A stretch of DNA of 57,994 bases from Rickettsiales bacterium. Its GTDB lineage: Bacteria > Pseudomonadota > Alphaproteobacteria > Rickettsiales > UBA1997. The first letter of the stretch is position 1. Each line of letters begins with the position of its first letter. The stretch spans positions 1-57,994 of the forward strand of contig CBFIDI010000003.1 of assembly GCA_965661355.1 (NCBI GenBank), given 5' to 3'. Positions 1 through 8,644 of the stretch are shown piece by piece. The translations under genes were made by a program, and so were the position numbers. The notes beneath the pieces were generated by a model. That model searched no databases and was not told the origin of the DNA. It worked only from the letters and a program-made list of their open reading frames with translations.

Positions 1-294
1 GAAGCAAATCTCGATGCAAAAGCCTAAATGTTAAACCTGACCTTTAAATTCAGATTTATACAGAATATGCGCCTAGATTTTTATAGTGATTTATTGCTAA
101 AGAAAATAAAGTTTTTATGCAGCCCTAAAGATGGAAAATAGCATTAGATAGCCATTAGAAGATTGGGATGATAATATGTAAATTCATCCATTGTAAATTG
201 AAAATGACATTATTACATTGGTCAAAATCTAGAAAAATAAAGCTTAGTGAATTTGCGACTTTCTAGTATTAAAAATAGATTTGAATTTTACAAG

Positions 295-918
295 CTAGTT
301 TAAAACAAACTGAACTGGCACCTTAACATCGTAAATGTCATGAGCTGAAGATATGTTATTTACGGCGAATTTCCATCTTTTAATGGTGTTAAGGGCGGCG
401 TGATCTAAAGATTGAAAACCGCTTGACTCGCAAACAGAAACATTCAAGGCTTGACCATTTGAATTAACCTTAGCGCAAACACTAACTTTTCCTTGTTGGC
501 CGCGTCTTTTTGCGTTAATTGGATAAGAGGGGGCAGGATTGTTGACGGCGCCAATTTTGTAATGAACATTTCCAAGGTGACGCGCATTTTTGTCATGTTG
601 GCCATTGTCAGGCTTTGCTTTTGCTAAAATATCTTTTTTAATCAATGTTTTTCTGGCTTGTTTTTCTGGCTTTGAATTTCCAAAAAGGCTATCATTATTA
701 GATTTAGCGGTAATTAAGTTTTTATGTTGGCGTTTTGTAGTTTTTTTAGCTTCTTTGTTGCTAGCGGCGATCAAATTAACGGTTGTAATAACGCCAATAT
801 CCATTTTATTATTACCAACAGGAATATTGACTATCATTGCCACAGCTGGTGCCAAATGCAAAAAAACAGAAAGCGATATTATTGTTAATTTTTGATATTT
901 TTTGAACAAATTCTTCAT
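295..918 (-). CDS. tonB: Energy transducer TonB
   Basis: N-terminal TM anchor with SVFLH (SxxxH) motif; C-terminal TonB_C domain PSYPINAKRRGQQGKV...ESSGFQSLDHAALNTIKRWKF...VPVQFVL. Confidence 0.88.
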   Translation of the reverse strand: MKNLFKKYQKLTIISLSVFLHLAPAVAMIVNIPVGNNKMDIGVITTVNLIAASNKEAKKTTKRQHKNLITAKSNNDSLFGNSKPEKQARKTLIKKDILAKAKPDNGQHDKNARHLGNVHYKIGAVNNPAPSYPINAKRRGQQGKVSVCAKVNSNGQALNVSVCESSGFQSLDHAALNTIKRWKFAVNNISSAHDIYDVKVPVQFVLN

Positions 919-939
919 TTATTAATCTTTGGCTATCTT

Positions 940-1017
940 ATATCAAGCTGCGTTTTAAATGCTAATTTATCTGTTATAACTTGATTAAATAATCATTTAA
1001 AAGATGGCGCTTGGTAT
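940..1017. repeat. Short copy of palindromic element family B (MITE/RPE-like)
   Basis: Ends ATATCAAGCTGCGTTTT / AAAGATGGCGCTTGGTAT resemble the termini of 25888-26051; internal CTAATTTATCTGTTATAA is identical to the reverse complement of part of 25601-25745. Confidence 0.55.
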
Positions 1018-1069
1018 AATTTATGATAATTGACCATAAATATTTTATTATTTATAGTCTTGCAAAATA

Positions 1070-1098
1070 ATTATCGTAAATTTTTCTTCAAATGTCAA
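1070..1098 (-). promoter_or_regulatory. Putative sigma70 promoter for tonB
   Basis: TTGACA (1098-1093), 17-bp spacer, GATAAT (1075-1070) on the minus strand. Confidence 0.45.
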
Positions 1099-1105
1099 GT
1101 CTTTT

Positions 1106-1136
1106 GATAATAATTATTATTTTCATTATCATTATC
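1106..1136. promoter_or_regulatory. Fur-box-like site upstream of tonB
   Basis: Minus strand reads GATAATGATAATG...ATTATTATC, an array of GATAAT hexamers next to the -35. Confidence 0.45.
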
Positions 1137-1161
1137 AAATATTTAAACAAAGCTTTTCGAT

Positions 1162-4062
1162 TTATCTTGTCAAAGATGAAGATGCCGCCCCCACTTCAGG
1201 CAATTTTGGTTGCGACGGATTTACGCTTGGATCTTTTTCCTCATAAGATATATCTGGCAGCTTAAGACTGTTTTTGGCAGCGTTGTAAGCGGTGTTAGTT
1301 CTTTTTTTGGCATTTTTAGTTGTTAATAAAAATTTCGAGAAATAAATTATCCTGACTTTTTGTTTATCTTGATCTAAGAATTCTTTCTCAATTCCCAGAA
1401 TTCTTGGCTCTCCCTGTTTGATTTTTACTTCATACACTTTTCCATTTGTGGTCTTACCTATATATTTCACCCCATCGCTTCCAAACGCTTTGGCAAATTC
1501 GTTTTTTTGAAGGGCTTCTTTAAAATTCTTTTTAAAATCTCCGGCTTTATCAATTATTGATTCGGGGCAGAAGATTTTGTAAATCTCACCTTCGTGATTT
1601 ATTGATTGAAGGCTGTGTAAATCTACTTGAATACCATCTATTTTTAAGACATATTCTGTTTTCTGGGCCTGTGGTTTAGAAGTCTTTCTGGCGGAGCTTT
1701 GAAATAAATCTTTTTGCTGCCTTGCAATCAGGTTATTGTTGCTCTGTATAATTGTCTGTATTTCGAACTCGTTGATGTAAGGATCTAGTTTTTCGATTAA
1801 CCGCAATCTATCCTCTATGTCTAGTTCATCTTGTGGTTTATTTATATATTCAAGGTAGATTTTTAGTGGTATTTCTTTAGCGAGATCTGAATGTTCACGA
1901 ATTATGATTGCTATTTGTCGAATTGTATCTTCAGACCCATCATTGTCTGCTGATAAATATTGCAATTTAAATAACGAGTTTAAAAGACTTAGTTTTATTC
2001 TAGGGGTTTGTGTCTTTTTTATAGTTTTTTTGTGAATCTCTATGGAACTTGCAAGAGATTTATCTTTATAGCAATGTTGAGGACAGGCTTCGTTATATGT
2101 AAGATGGTTGCGAAAGCCAAATGCTGCCTGTAAATTACGAAAATCAATATCTTCTTGCGTTGGTCGATATTCCGAGATTCCCTTATCAAGATAAGACAAG
2201 AATACGCTTTTTGATAAATCTAAATTTTGGGTAAATGATATTGACGACAGGTAAAGATCTGGATACGCACCAGAAAGAAAATCTGGATTGATTGAAGATA
2301 ACTCTTCTTCGCAGACTTGATATTTTTTTTCTTGATTTTTTGTGAATAAGTTTTGTTTTGCAAAAAGCAATGCGAATTCTAGATTAATATCTTCCTTGAC
2401 AAATTTACTAAACCCTTCTTTTGTAAGAAGTTGGTAAATTACCAAAAATCTACTCAGTCGTAATTTTTCTTCTATTGGCGAAGACGCTTCTTTAGATAAT
2501 ATTTCGATTGCCAATTGCAAAAATTGTAATTTTTTCTCTTCATCCTCAAAATTGGCTAATACGGATCCAAATTTTTTTAAGGATTCGCTATTATTATTTA
2601 TTGCGTAATCTGTTAAAAATCCTATTATATTGTGATCGTTTTTTTCGCTTCCTGCGTTGATTGCATAATTGGCAAAAATTTCTGCCAATTCTTTTCTTTT
2701 CGATGATGTCACATCTCTTTGTTCTTGAATATATTGGGTTGCTTTGTAATAAAAAAGGCAATTATTTAAATGGCTTATCAACAATTTTAGTTCTTCTCGA
2801 CCACTTGCCTGATAACATTCTTCATTTTCTTTTGCAAGGTTAATGGCTAGTTCTATTGCTTTAAAAAAACCAGAAGTAATAATGGTGCCAATTTTATCAC
2901 CCACCGCTTCTTTTTCTCTTGAGGTTATGTCTATTACTAATTGAGATATGTTTAATACAGGATCATAATTTTCCTGCGGATTAAGCAAAAATATATTTTT
3001 TTCATTAAATTTATCAGAAAACAATTCCTTTAATTTATAAAAAACATGCAGAGTATTAATGAAATTTTTGGCGAACTGAATTTCTTGAGTAAGTTTTTCG
3101 TGGTCATATGGTTCGTTAGCGATAATTTTGAAAAATTTATCTTTAATGCTCAATAATAAAGCCTCTCGATGCTTAAAAAATATTTCAATTGTTGACTTGT
3201 AAATTTCCGCTATGAGATTTGCATTAATTTCATCAACTTTACTTTGATTTTGATGCACTTGACGCAGAAAGTCTTCAAATTTTGGCGTAAGTTCGAAAAG
3301 CATCTCCAGCTCTTTTTCATCGGCGTATTTATCACTGATGACGCTTATATCTTCTATTCCTTGATATATATCAAATTCCTTATTTGGCATTTTCTTTTCT
3401 TGATCTTCGGCGCGACCTTGATTAACTCTCTTCGATTTTTCTTTAAGATCAACAATTTCTGATGTTAGAAAAGTTAGCTTTCTCAAAATTTCGTCGATAT
3501 CAATTTCTTTCTGACCCCTTAGTTCTTGAGCTATTGAATTTATTTGGTAATAAAGCTCTTTATCGTCAACAAAGATATCATTTGGAAATTTCGCATTATA
3601 TTTCTCGTAAATATATTGTGCAAAAACTGAAGTCAGGCCACAATTGTCTGCATCCATTATGGCAATATCTTTTCCTTGTTCAATCTTGATATATTTATTT
3701 TCATTGCATGATATTACTGCATTGGGGAAGGTGTTTTTTAATATATCTTCAATTAATTCTTTGCGTTCTTGTGCGCCACTATTATGATATAAAGAATCGA
3801 AAATTGCATATTCAACACCCGATTCCGTTTGTGTTAAGTCTAGTAAAATAAAGTGACCACTATGTTCGACAATATAAGTGCCATATTCTTCGGCGCTTTC
3901 TTGTGCCTTTTTTATAACATTTGGCAAATATTCTTCAGGAATTAGATCAGTAGTAATTGAAGAATTGTGAAAATTTTTTTGAGAAAATTTTTGCATCAGA
4001 TTCGTTATCAAATCTATTCCAATCGACCCCTCTTGCGGTATTGGTTGAGATAAATTTAGCAT
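1162..4062 (-). CDS. 966-aa orphan, putative secreted effector (CE-clan/Ulp1-like N-terminus, helical core, RelE-like C-terminal region)
   Basis: Long ORF; GHFILL..IFDSL..DADNCG motifs; C-terminal KVYEVKIKQGEPRILG..IIYFSKF; PS-rich tail ending SLTR. Confidence 0.6.
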   Translation of the reverse strand: MLNLSQPIPQEGSIGIDLITNLMQKFSQKNFHNSSITTDLIPEEYLPNVIKKAQESAEEYGTYIVEHSGHFILLDLTQTESGVEYAIFDSLYHNSGAQERKELIEDILKNTFPNAVISCNENKYIKIEQGKDIAIMDADNCGLTSVFAQYIYEKYNAKFPNDIFVDDKELYYQINSIAQELRGQKEIDIDEILRKLTFLTSEIVDLKEKSKRVNQGRAEDQEKKMPNKEFDIYQGIEDISVISDKYADEKELEMLFELTPKFEDFLRQVHQNQSKVDEINANLIAEIYKSTIEIFFKHREALLLSIKDKFFKIIANEPYDHEKLTQEIQFAKNFINTLHVFYKLKELFSDKFNEKNIFLLNPQENYDPVLNISQLVIDITSREKEAVGDKIGTIITSGFFKAIELAINLAKENEECYQASGREELKLLISHLNNCLFYYKATQYIQEQRDVTSSKRKELAEIFANYAINAGSEKNDHNIIGFLTDYAINNNSESLKKFGSVLANFEDEEKKLQFLQLAIEILSKEASSPIEEKLRLSRFLVIYQLLTKEGFSKFVKEDINLEFALLFAKQNLFTKNQEKKYQVCEEELSSINPDFLSGAYPDLYLSSISFTQNLDLSKSVFLSYLDKGISEYRPTQEDIDFRNLQAAFGFRNHLTYNEACPQHCYKDKSLASSIEIHKKTIKKTQTPRIKLSLLNSLFKLQYLSADNDGSEDTIRQIAIIIREHSDLAKEIPLKIYLEYINKPQDELDIEDRLRLIEKLDPYINEFEIQTIIQSNNNLIARQQKDLFQSSARKTSKPQAQKTEYVLKIDGIQVDLHSLQSINHEGEIYKIFCPESIIDKAGDFKKNFKEALQKNEFAKAFGSDGVKYIGKTTNGKVYEVKIKQGEPRILGIEKEFLDQDKQKVRIIYFSKFLLTTKNAKKRTNTAYNAAKNSLKLPDISYEEKDPSVNPSQPKLPEVGAASSSLTR

Positions 4063-4096
4063 AACTTATTTACAAATTTGAGTTTATATTTGCGTG

Positions 4097-4125
4097 ATGA
4101 TAATATAGATAGAGGTAATTTGCAA
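4097..4125 (-). promoter_or_regulatory. Putative sigma70 promoter for the 966-aa gene
   Basis: TTGCAA (4125-4120), 17-bp spacer, TATCAT (4102-4097). Confidence 0.3.
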
Positions 4126-4252
4126 TAGGTGGCTTTGTTTCATAAGAAGACTATTGGTTGCAACTGCCTATGGTTGAAAAGCTTCGAAGATTTATAATAT
4201 TTCTATGGCGTTCAATTTATCTATATTAACCAATAGTCAAAACAAAAATTAA

Positions 4253-4513
4253 ATGCATGAATTTAATTTGGTTTATTTGCGCAGAAGGGTTTTTGCAATA
4301 TTTGGAGTTATTGGGGTATTTGGTTATTTGGTTTATTTATCCGGTTCTTTGTTCAGTCATTCCTATGCTTTCCCAATATTTATTGCGTTAATTGGTTTAG
4401 GAATTATTTTTCTGGGCATTAAATATCAAAAGAATAAGGCCGAGATTCACCTTGTAATTGAGAGTTGTTTTCCAGACTTTTTGTTGAAGTGGAGACCTGA
4501 CGAAAGAGCTTAA
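4253..4513 (+). pseudogene. Small membrane protein, probably a C-terminal remnant of a DUF2157-like protein
   Basis: Two TM helices RRVFAIFGVIGVFGYL...FPIFIALIGLGIIFLGIKYQK resemble the C-terminus of larger multi-TM proteins; no N-terminal part upstream. Confidence 0.45.
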
Positions 4514-4596
4514 GATTCACTAAGTCTTAATCCTTGAAGTTTAAAATATCAAGCTTTACAAAATACTTCATTAAATCACAAACCTAAAATTTACGC

Positions 4597-4624
4597 TAAA
4601 AAAGCCTTTTGAAGAGCTTTTTTA
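4597..4624. terminator. Probable bidirectional intrinsic terminator
   Basis: TAAAAAAGC-CTTTTGAAGA-GCTTTTTTA hairpin with A/T tails. Confidence 0.45.
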
Positions 4625-4865
4625 TATGATTCCTTAGAAATATTGTAAATCTCAAACTTTAAGAAGTGCAATAACTCGAAAAATGATGAGAAGTGATAAA
4701 TCTTCGCTTTACATCTCGGCTTTGGCGCAAAATATGAGGCAAAAAGATGTTGGCGTTATCATTTCAAGCTATGGCAAAATCCTCGAAAATTAAAGGACTA
4801 AAATTTTAAAAAGTTTTGAGTTAGAATAAGAGTGTTAATATTAAAAATGTAATGAAAATTATGAA

Positions 4866-5735
4866 ATGAATAAATTTATCAACAACATTAACGAGGCCTT
4901 CCCCCTGTGGAAGGAATTGGACGACGAAACTAAGATTTTAAGTTACATTGAGTTTGTTTTATATTTAGTTAAGCCCACAAGGTGGAATGTTAGACTGTCG
5001 AGATTAATTTCGTTAGATCAAGATAAACTTGCGAAAATTCAAAATGTAGCGCTAGAGTTACATAAAGGCCTTAATATTTGGAAAAGATTGTCTCAGGGGA
5101 CAGTAGAAAGTTATATAAATTTACCCAAGACTATTGATGATAGGGGCAAGGAAATTACAGAAAAAGATGAGGAGACTGGCAAAGAATTTAAGAGGCTAAA
5201 TAAGTTCAAGGGCAGGGATCTACTATACAACTCATTCAATATACACCATATAAGAATTGATGACACGCAGGGTAAGAAAATAAACCTGTTTGATGAAGAG
5301 GTGCATTTTGTGAAGCGTAAACAAAACGAGCTACTTTTTGCTATGTTTGACGATCGTTTCTCAACCGTGTATTTCTTGGATATCTTAAAGCATGATGATT
5401 TATACAAATATAGTAAGTTATTAAATATTATAAATAGTGAGGGGTTTCCCAGTCCCTATCAAGACTTTGGTTATGATGCAGTTGGTTTAAAGAATGGATT
5501 TACTGATAATGAATTCAAAAAGCTTCTTTTTAGTGGGGGGTCAATGATTTTTGAAGCAGGAGGGCGTCACGTTATTCCATTAAATATGACTACAGTATCT
5601 GGCTTTACCGATAAAGTGATTAATCATATATATGCCCCCATAAAAAGACAAGAATTTAATATTACCTTGCCTGCTGATTTTATATATCCAAATCAGATGT
5701 TTAGTGAATTTTATCAACTAAATTTTCAATCATGA
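4866..5735 (+). CDS. Hypothetical island cargo protein (289 aa)
   Basis: Intact ORF; ATGA overlap with the recombinase start; motif DLLYNSFNIHHIRI...FVKR...LLF...YFLDILKH. Confidence 0.75.
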   Translation: MNKFINNINEAFPLWKELDDETKILSYIEFVLYLVKPTRWNVRLSRLISLDQDKLAKIQNVALELHKGLNIWKRLSQGTVESYINLPKTIDDRGKEITEKDEETGKEFKRLNKFKGRDLLYNSFNIHHIRIDDTQGKKINLFDEEVHFVKRKQNELLFAMFDDRFSTVYFLDILKHDDLYKYSKLLNIINSEGFPSPYQDFGYDAVGLKNGFTDNEFKKLLFSGGSMIFEAGGRHVIPLNMTTVSGFTDKVINHIYAPIKRQEFNITLPADFIYPNQMFSEFYQLNFQS

Positions 5736-7243
5736 AAGCCATAATATTCGCCCGAGTATCAACCGCAGAACAAGAGCAAGAAGGTCATTCAATTGAAGCT
5801 CAAATCAACAAGCTTCGAGACTATTGCCATAAACAAAGCCTTGAAATCATCAAAGAATATGAAGTGGTCGAAAGCTCAACAAGGGGAGAGCGACCAGAAT
5901 TTCATAAAATGATTGATTTCGTTAATAGTCAAAAAGGCACAATCGCCCTAGTGTGCGATAAAGTTGATCGCTTGCAAAGAGGATTCACTGAATTACCAAT
6001 TCTTGATAAACTCCGCAAAGAAAACAAACTAATTCTTCATTTTCTTGACATAGGGAGGCTTGATAGCGAATCAAACAGTCAACAAATATCATTTTATCAA
6101 ATGTCGGTTGTTATGGCTAATGCTTACACTAATGCAATCTCTGACAATGTAAAAAGAAGTCTGCTTCACAAATTAAATAGTGGTGAATGTATAAGAATGG
6201 CTCCACTTGGTTATTTAAACATAAAAGACTCAAATGGCAAATCAGATGTCATAATTGACCAAGAACGAGCTTATTTAATTAAAGAAATGTTCGAAATGTA
6301 TGCAACTGGCGCATTCTCATTATCAGACCTCGCCAAATTCACCAAAGAAAAAAACCTAACCAACATTTTCCACAAAGGCGAATCAAAACCAATTGCCAAA
6401 AGCGTAATTTGCAATATCCTAAAAAACCCGTTTTATTATGGCCAACAATATGTCAAAAAAACCAACCAACTTTATCCACATAAATATCCGCCAATTATCT
6501 CAGAAGAAATTTTCAACGAGTGCCAAAGAATCAACTTACTTCGCTCACAGCAAAACAACCGAATCCAAGCAATTCAATCCTCAAAGAAAGAATTTGTTTT
6601 CAAAAGCCTAATTAAATGCGCTATAACAGGCCGCACAGTTTCATCAGACAGAAAAGAAGCCAAAACCAACAAAAACACTTATCTCATCACTTGGAACCCA
6701 AAAAACCCAAGCAAAAAACTCTATATCCCCGAAAATGATGTTTTAAAACAAGTTTCGCAAGTTTTTAAATCAATCGCTGTGCCAGAAGAAATGCTTGAAG
6801 AAATCACCAATCATTTGCAAAAATCGCATAAGGCAGAAAAGGAATTTCACAAACATAAAATTGAAGCTTTAAGAAAAGAGGAAGATTTAATCCAGACCAA
6901 AACCAATCGCTTACTTGATTTATATCTTGAAAAATCAATAACCCAAGAAGTTTACGAAAATAAAAGTGCAGAATTGAAAACAAGACTTGCCAAACTAAAA
7001 ACAGAAAAAACCCTTTATGATAAAGCTGATAATGACTTCAAAACCACGGTAATCACCGCATTTCGACTTGCCAATAAAGCAAATCAACTTTTCGAAAGTT
7101 CGAAAACCACCGAAAAACGCCAATTAATCAATTTCGTTTTTTCGAACCTAACTTTAAGAGGCACAAAGCTAGAATTTACGCTACGCAAACCCTTCGACAT
7201 GATGGTGAATTTGAAGAACTGTTCAGACTGGCTGGGACGGTAG
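5732..7243 (+). CDS. Large serine recombinase (integrase)
   Basis: ARVSTAEQ catalytic motif, DKVDRLQR, APLGY, ILKNPFYYG, PPIISEEIF, degenerate zinc ribbon (IKCAITG) and coiled coil. Confidence 0.93.
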   Translation: MKAIIFARVSTAEQEQEGHSIEAQINKLRDYCHKQSLEIIKEYEVVESSTRGERPEFHKMIDFVNSQKGTIALVCDKVDRLQRGFTELPILDKLRKENKLILHFLDIGRLDSESNSQQISFYQMSVVMANAYTNAISDNVKRSLLHKLNSGECIRMAPLGYLNIKDSNGKSDVIIDQERAYLIKEMFEMYATGAFSLSDLAKFTKEKNLTNIFHKGESKPIAKSVICNILKNPFYYGQQYVKKTNQLYPHKYPPIISEEIFNECQRINLLRSQQNNRIQAIQSSKKEFVFKSLIKCAITGRTVSSDRKEAKTNKNTYLITWNPKNPSKKLYIPENDVLKQVSQVFKSIAVPEEMLEEITNHLQKSHKAEKEFHKHKIEALRKEEDLIQTKTNRLLDLYLEKSITQEVYENKSAELKTRLAKLKTEKTLYDKADNDFKTTVITAFRLANKANQLFESSKTTEKRQLINFVFSNLTLRGTKLEFTLRKPFDMMVNLKNCSDWLGR

Positions 7244-7303
7244 GATTCGAACCTACGCATGGCGGAACCAAAATCCGCTGCCTTACCGCTTGGCCACGTC
7301 CCA
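7229..7303 (-). tRNA. tRNA-Gln (anticodon TTG), CCA encoded
   Basis: TGGGACG acceptor pairs with CGTCCCA-G-CCA; anticodon stem GCGGA/TCCGC; T-arm GTAGG-TTCGAAT-CCTAC. Confidence 0.97.
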
Positions 7304-7532
7304 ATGATGTGCTTTGACGAATATTTAGAATTTGCAAGAAGCTGCAAAGTCCGTTTCTTGAAATCAAGAATATCATATTACTCAATTTTTGTCAAGAAAA
7401 AAGCTAAATTCTATTTTTGTTTTTGATATTTTGTCAAAAAAACTCTAAACAAATTGATTATTGCTTTAAAGACAATTCTCAAAAAAATGCTTTAAATTAA
7501 CTTGGCTCGACCTATTTCTCTTTCAAGACATT

Positions 7533-7602
7533 ACACTAAGCCCCGCCTTTAAGTGTCAAATTATTTGGCCCTAAATTAGCGTATAAAAATGCGGCTTGAT
7601 AT
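7533..7602. repeat. Short copy of palindromic element family B
   Basis: ACTAAGCCCCGCCTTT...AAAAATGCGGCTTGATAT; internal TCAAATTATTTGGCCCTAAATTA matches TCAAATTATTTAGCCCTTAATTA in 25888-26051. Confidence 0.5.
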
Positions 7603-7861
7603 AATGTTTTTGCTTAAAATCTAGGCTAAAAAAGTAAAGTTTAATAGGTTAATTATGTCAATCATATTCTATAAAAACATAATTGATATTTAGAGTCATT
7701 AATAAAATCGCTTATTATAATTTTGTAAGCACTTTTGCAGAATCCAGACCAAGATCTTGCTGTTTCTGACAATTAACCCGGAGATTTTGAAGATTTTATA
7801 TAATTGACTTATTTGAAAAATACGATATAATTGCGTCGTTAGTAATTAAATTATTAAAAAG

Positions 7862-8245
7862 ATGATAGAAATAGCCAATTCTTCTAAAAATATCGAAATT
7901 GACTATAACCAAGCGGTTCAACAAATTTGTTCAATTTGTGAAAATTTTTCGGCCACATCTTCAAATGTCTTTGCTGTAACTTTTGCAATTTTTATTTTAT
8001 CTTGTTTTGTTGGATATTTTGTTGTTTGGCGCGTCACCCCAGCTTTGCACGCGCCATTAATGGCCGTCACTAATGCTGTTTCTGGTGTTATATTAGTTGG
8101 CGCAATTGTTGCTCTGGGCAAGTTTGAAGGCGGAGTTTCTGTTGTTGGTGTTCTAAGTTTTTCGGCCATTATAATTGCCAGCATCAACATTTTTGGTGGG
8201 TTTTTTGTTACTTATCGCATGCTTGAAATGTTTAAAAAAAGATAA
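7862..8245 (+). CDS. pntA: NAD(P) transhydrogenase subunit alpha, part 2 (membrane part)
   Basis: [26 protein letters not shown]...[18 protein letters not shown]. Confidence 0.92.
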   Translation: MIEIANSSKNIEIDYNQAVQQICSICENFSATSSNVFAVTFAIFILSCFVGYFVVWRVTPALHAPLMAVTNAVSGVILVGAIVALGKFEGGVSVVGVLSFSAIIIASINIFGGFFVTYRMLEMFKKR

Positions 8246-8260
8246 TCCAACTAAGCCAAG

Positions 8261-8644
8261 CTAAATTTTCTTGCGCGGGCTTTCAATTCTGGTTATACAA
8301 AATTTTAAATCTGACAAAATTTTGCTAAAATCTGCGGTTAAAATTTCTTTTCTGGCTATTATTATGTAGTCTTTGTTTGACTTGCCGAATTTTAACATTA
8401 TATTTCTGGCCGCTTCGCGTAATTTCCTTTTTGCTTTGTTTCGAGCCACGGCATTGCCTATTTTTTTACTTGCTGTAAATCCAATTCGACAAAATTCTTT
8501 AGCGTTAAGAGATAATTCGCAATTATAGCTATATTTTTGCGGCGAATTATCACAAAGTAATATTAGGCTTTTGGCTATAAATTTATTGCCATCTTTACTG
8601 ATTTTCTTAAAATCTGCGCTGTTTTTTATGCTAAGCAATTTCAT
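8261..8644 (-). CDS. rnpA: Ribonuclease P protein component
   Basis: RIGFTASKKIGNAVARNKAKRKLRE (RNR motif). Confidence 0.93.
   Translation of the reverse strand: MKLLSIKNSADFKKISKDGNKFIAKSLILLCDNSPQKYSYNCELSLNAKEFCRIGFTASKKIGNAVARNKAKRKLREAARNIMLKFGKSNKDYIIIARKEILTADFSKILSDLKFCITRIESPRKKI

Larger units (their letters stand above)
4164..7234. mobile_element. Putative ~3.07-kb integrative mini-island in the 3' end of tRNA-Gln
   Basis: Serine recombinase overlapping the tRNA 3' end; CTG at 4164-4166 and 7232-7234, each followed by TTCGAA with a 5-bp offset; cargo ORFs between. Confidence 0.55.

Noticed and set aside
1-290. Possible CDS end at 1-27 and gene remnant at 67-290
   Set aside because: Too short or riddled with stops to assign.
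4130-4134. TGGCT as an alternative left att core (5-bp match to the tRNA end)
   Set aside because: No TTCGAA at the expected offset and it gives no plausible integrase tail. Less favoured than 4164, though not excluded.
7084-7385. Two minus-strand ORFs (87 and 69 aa)
   Set aside because: They read through tRNA-Gln and antisense to the integrase; spurious.
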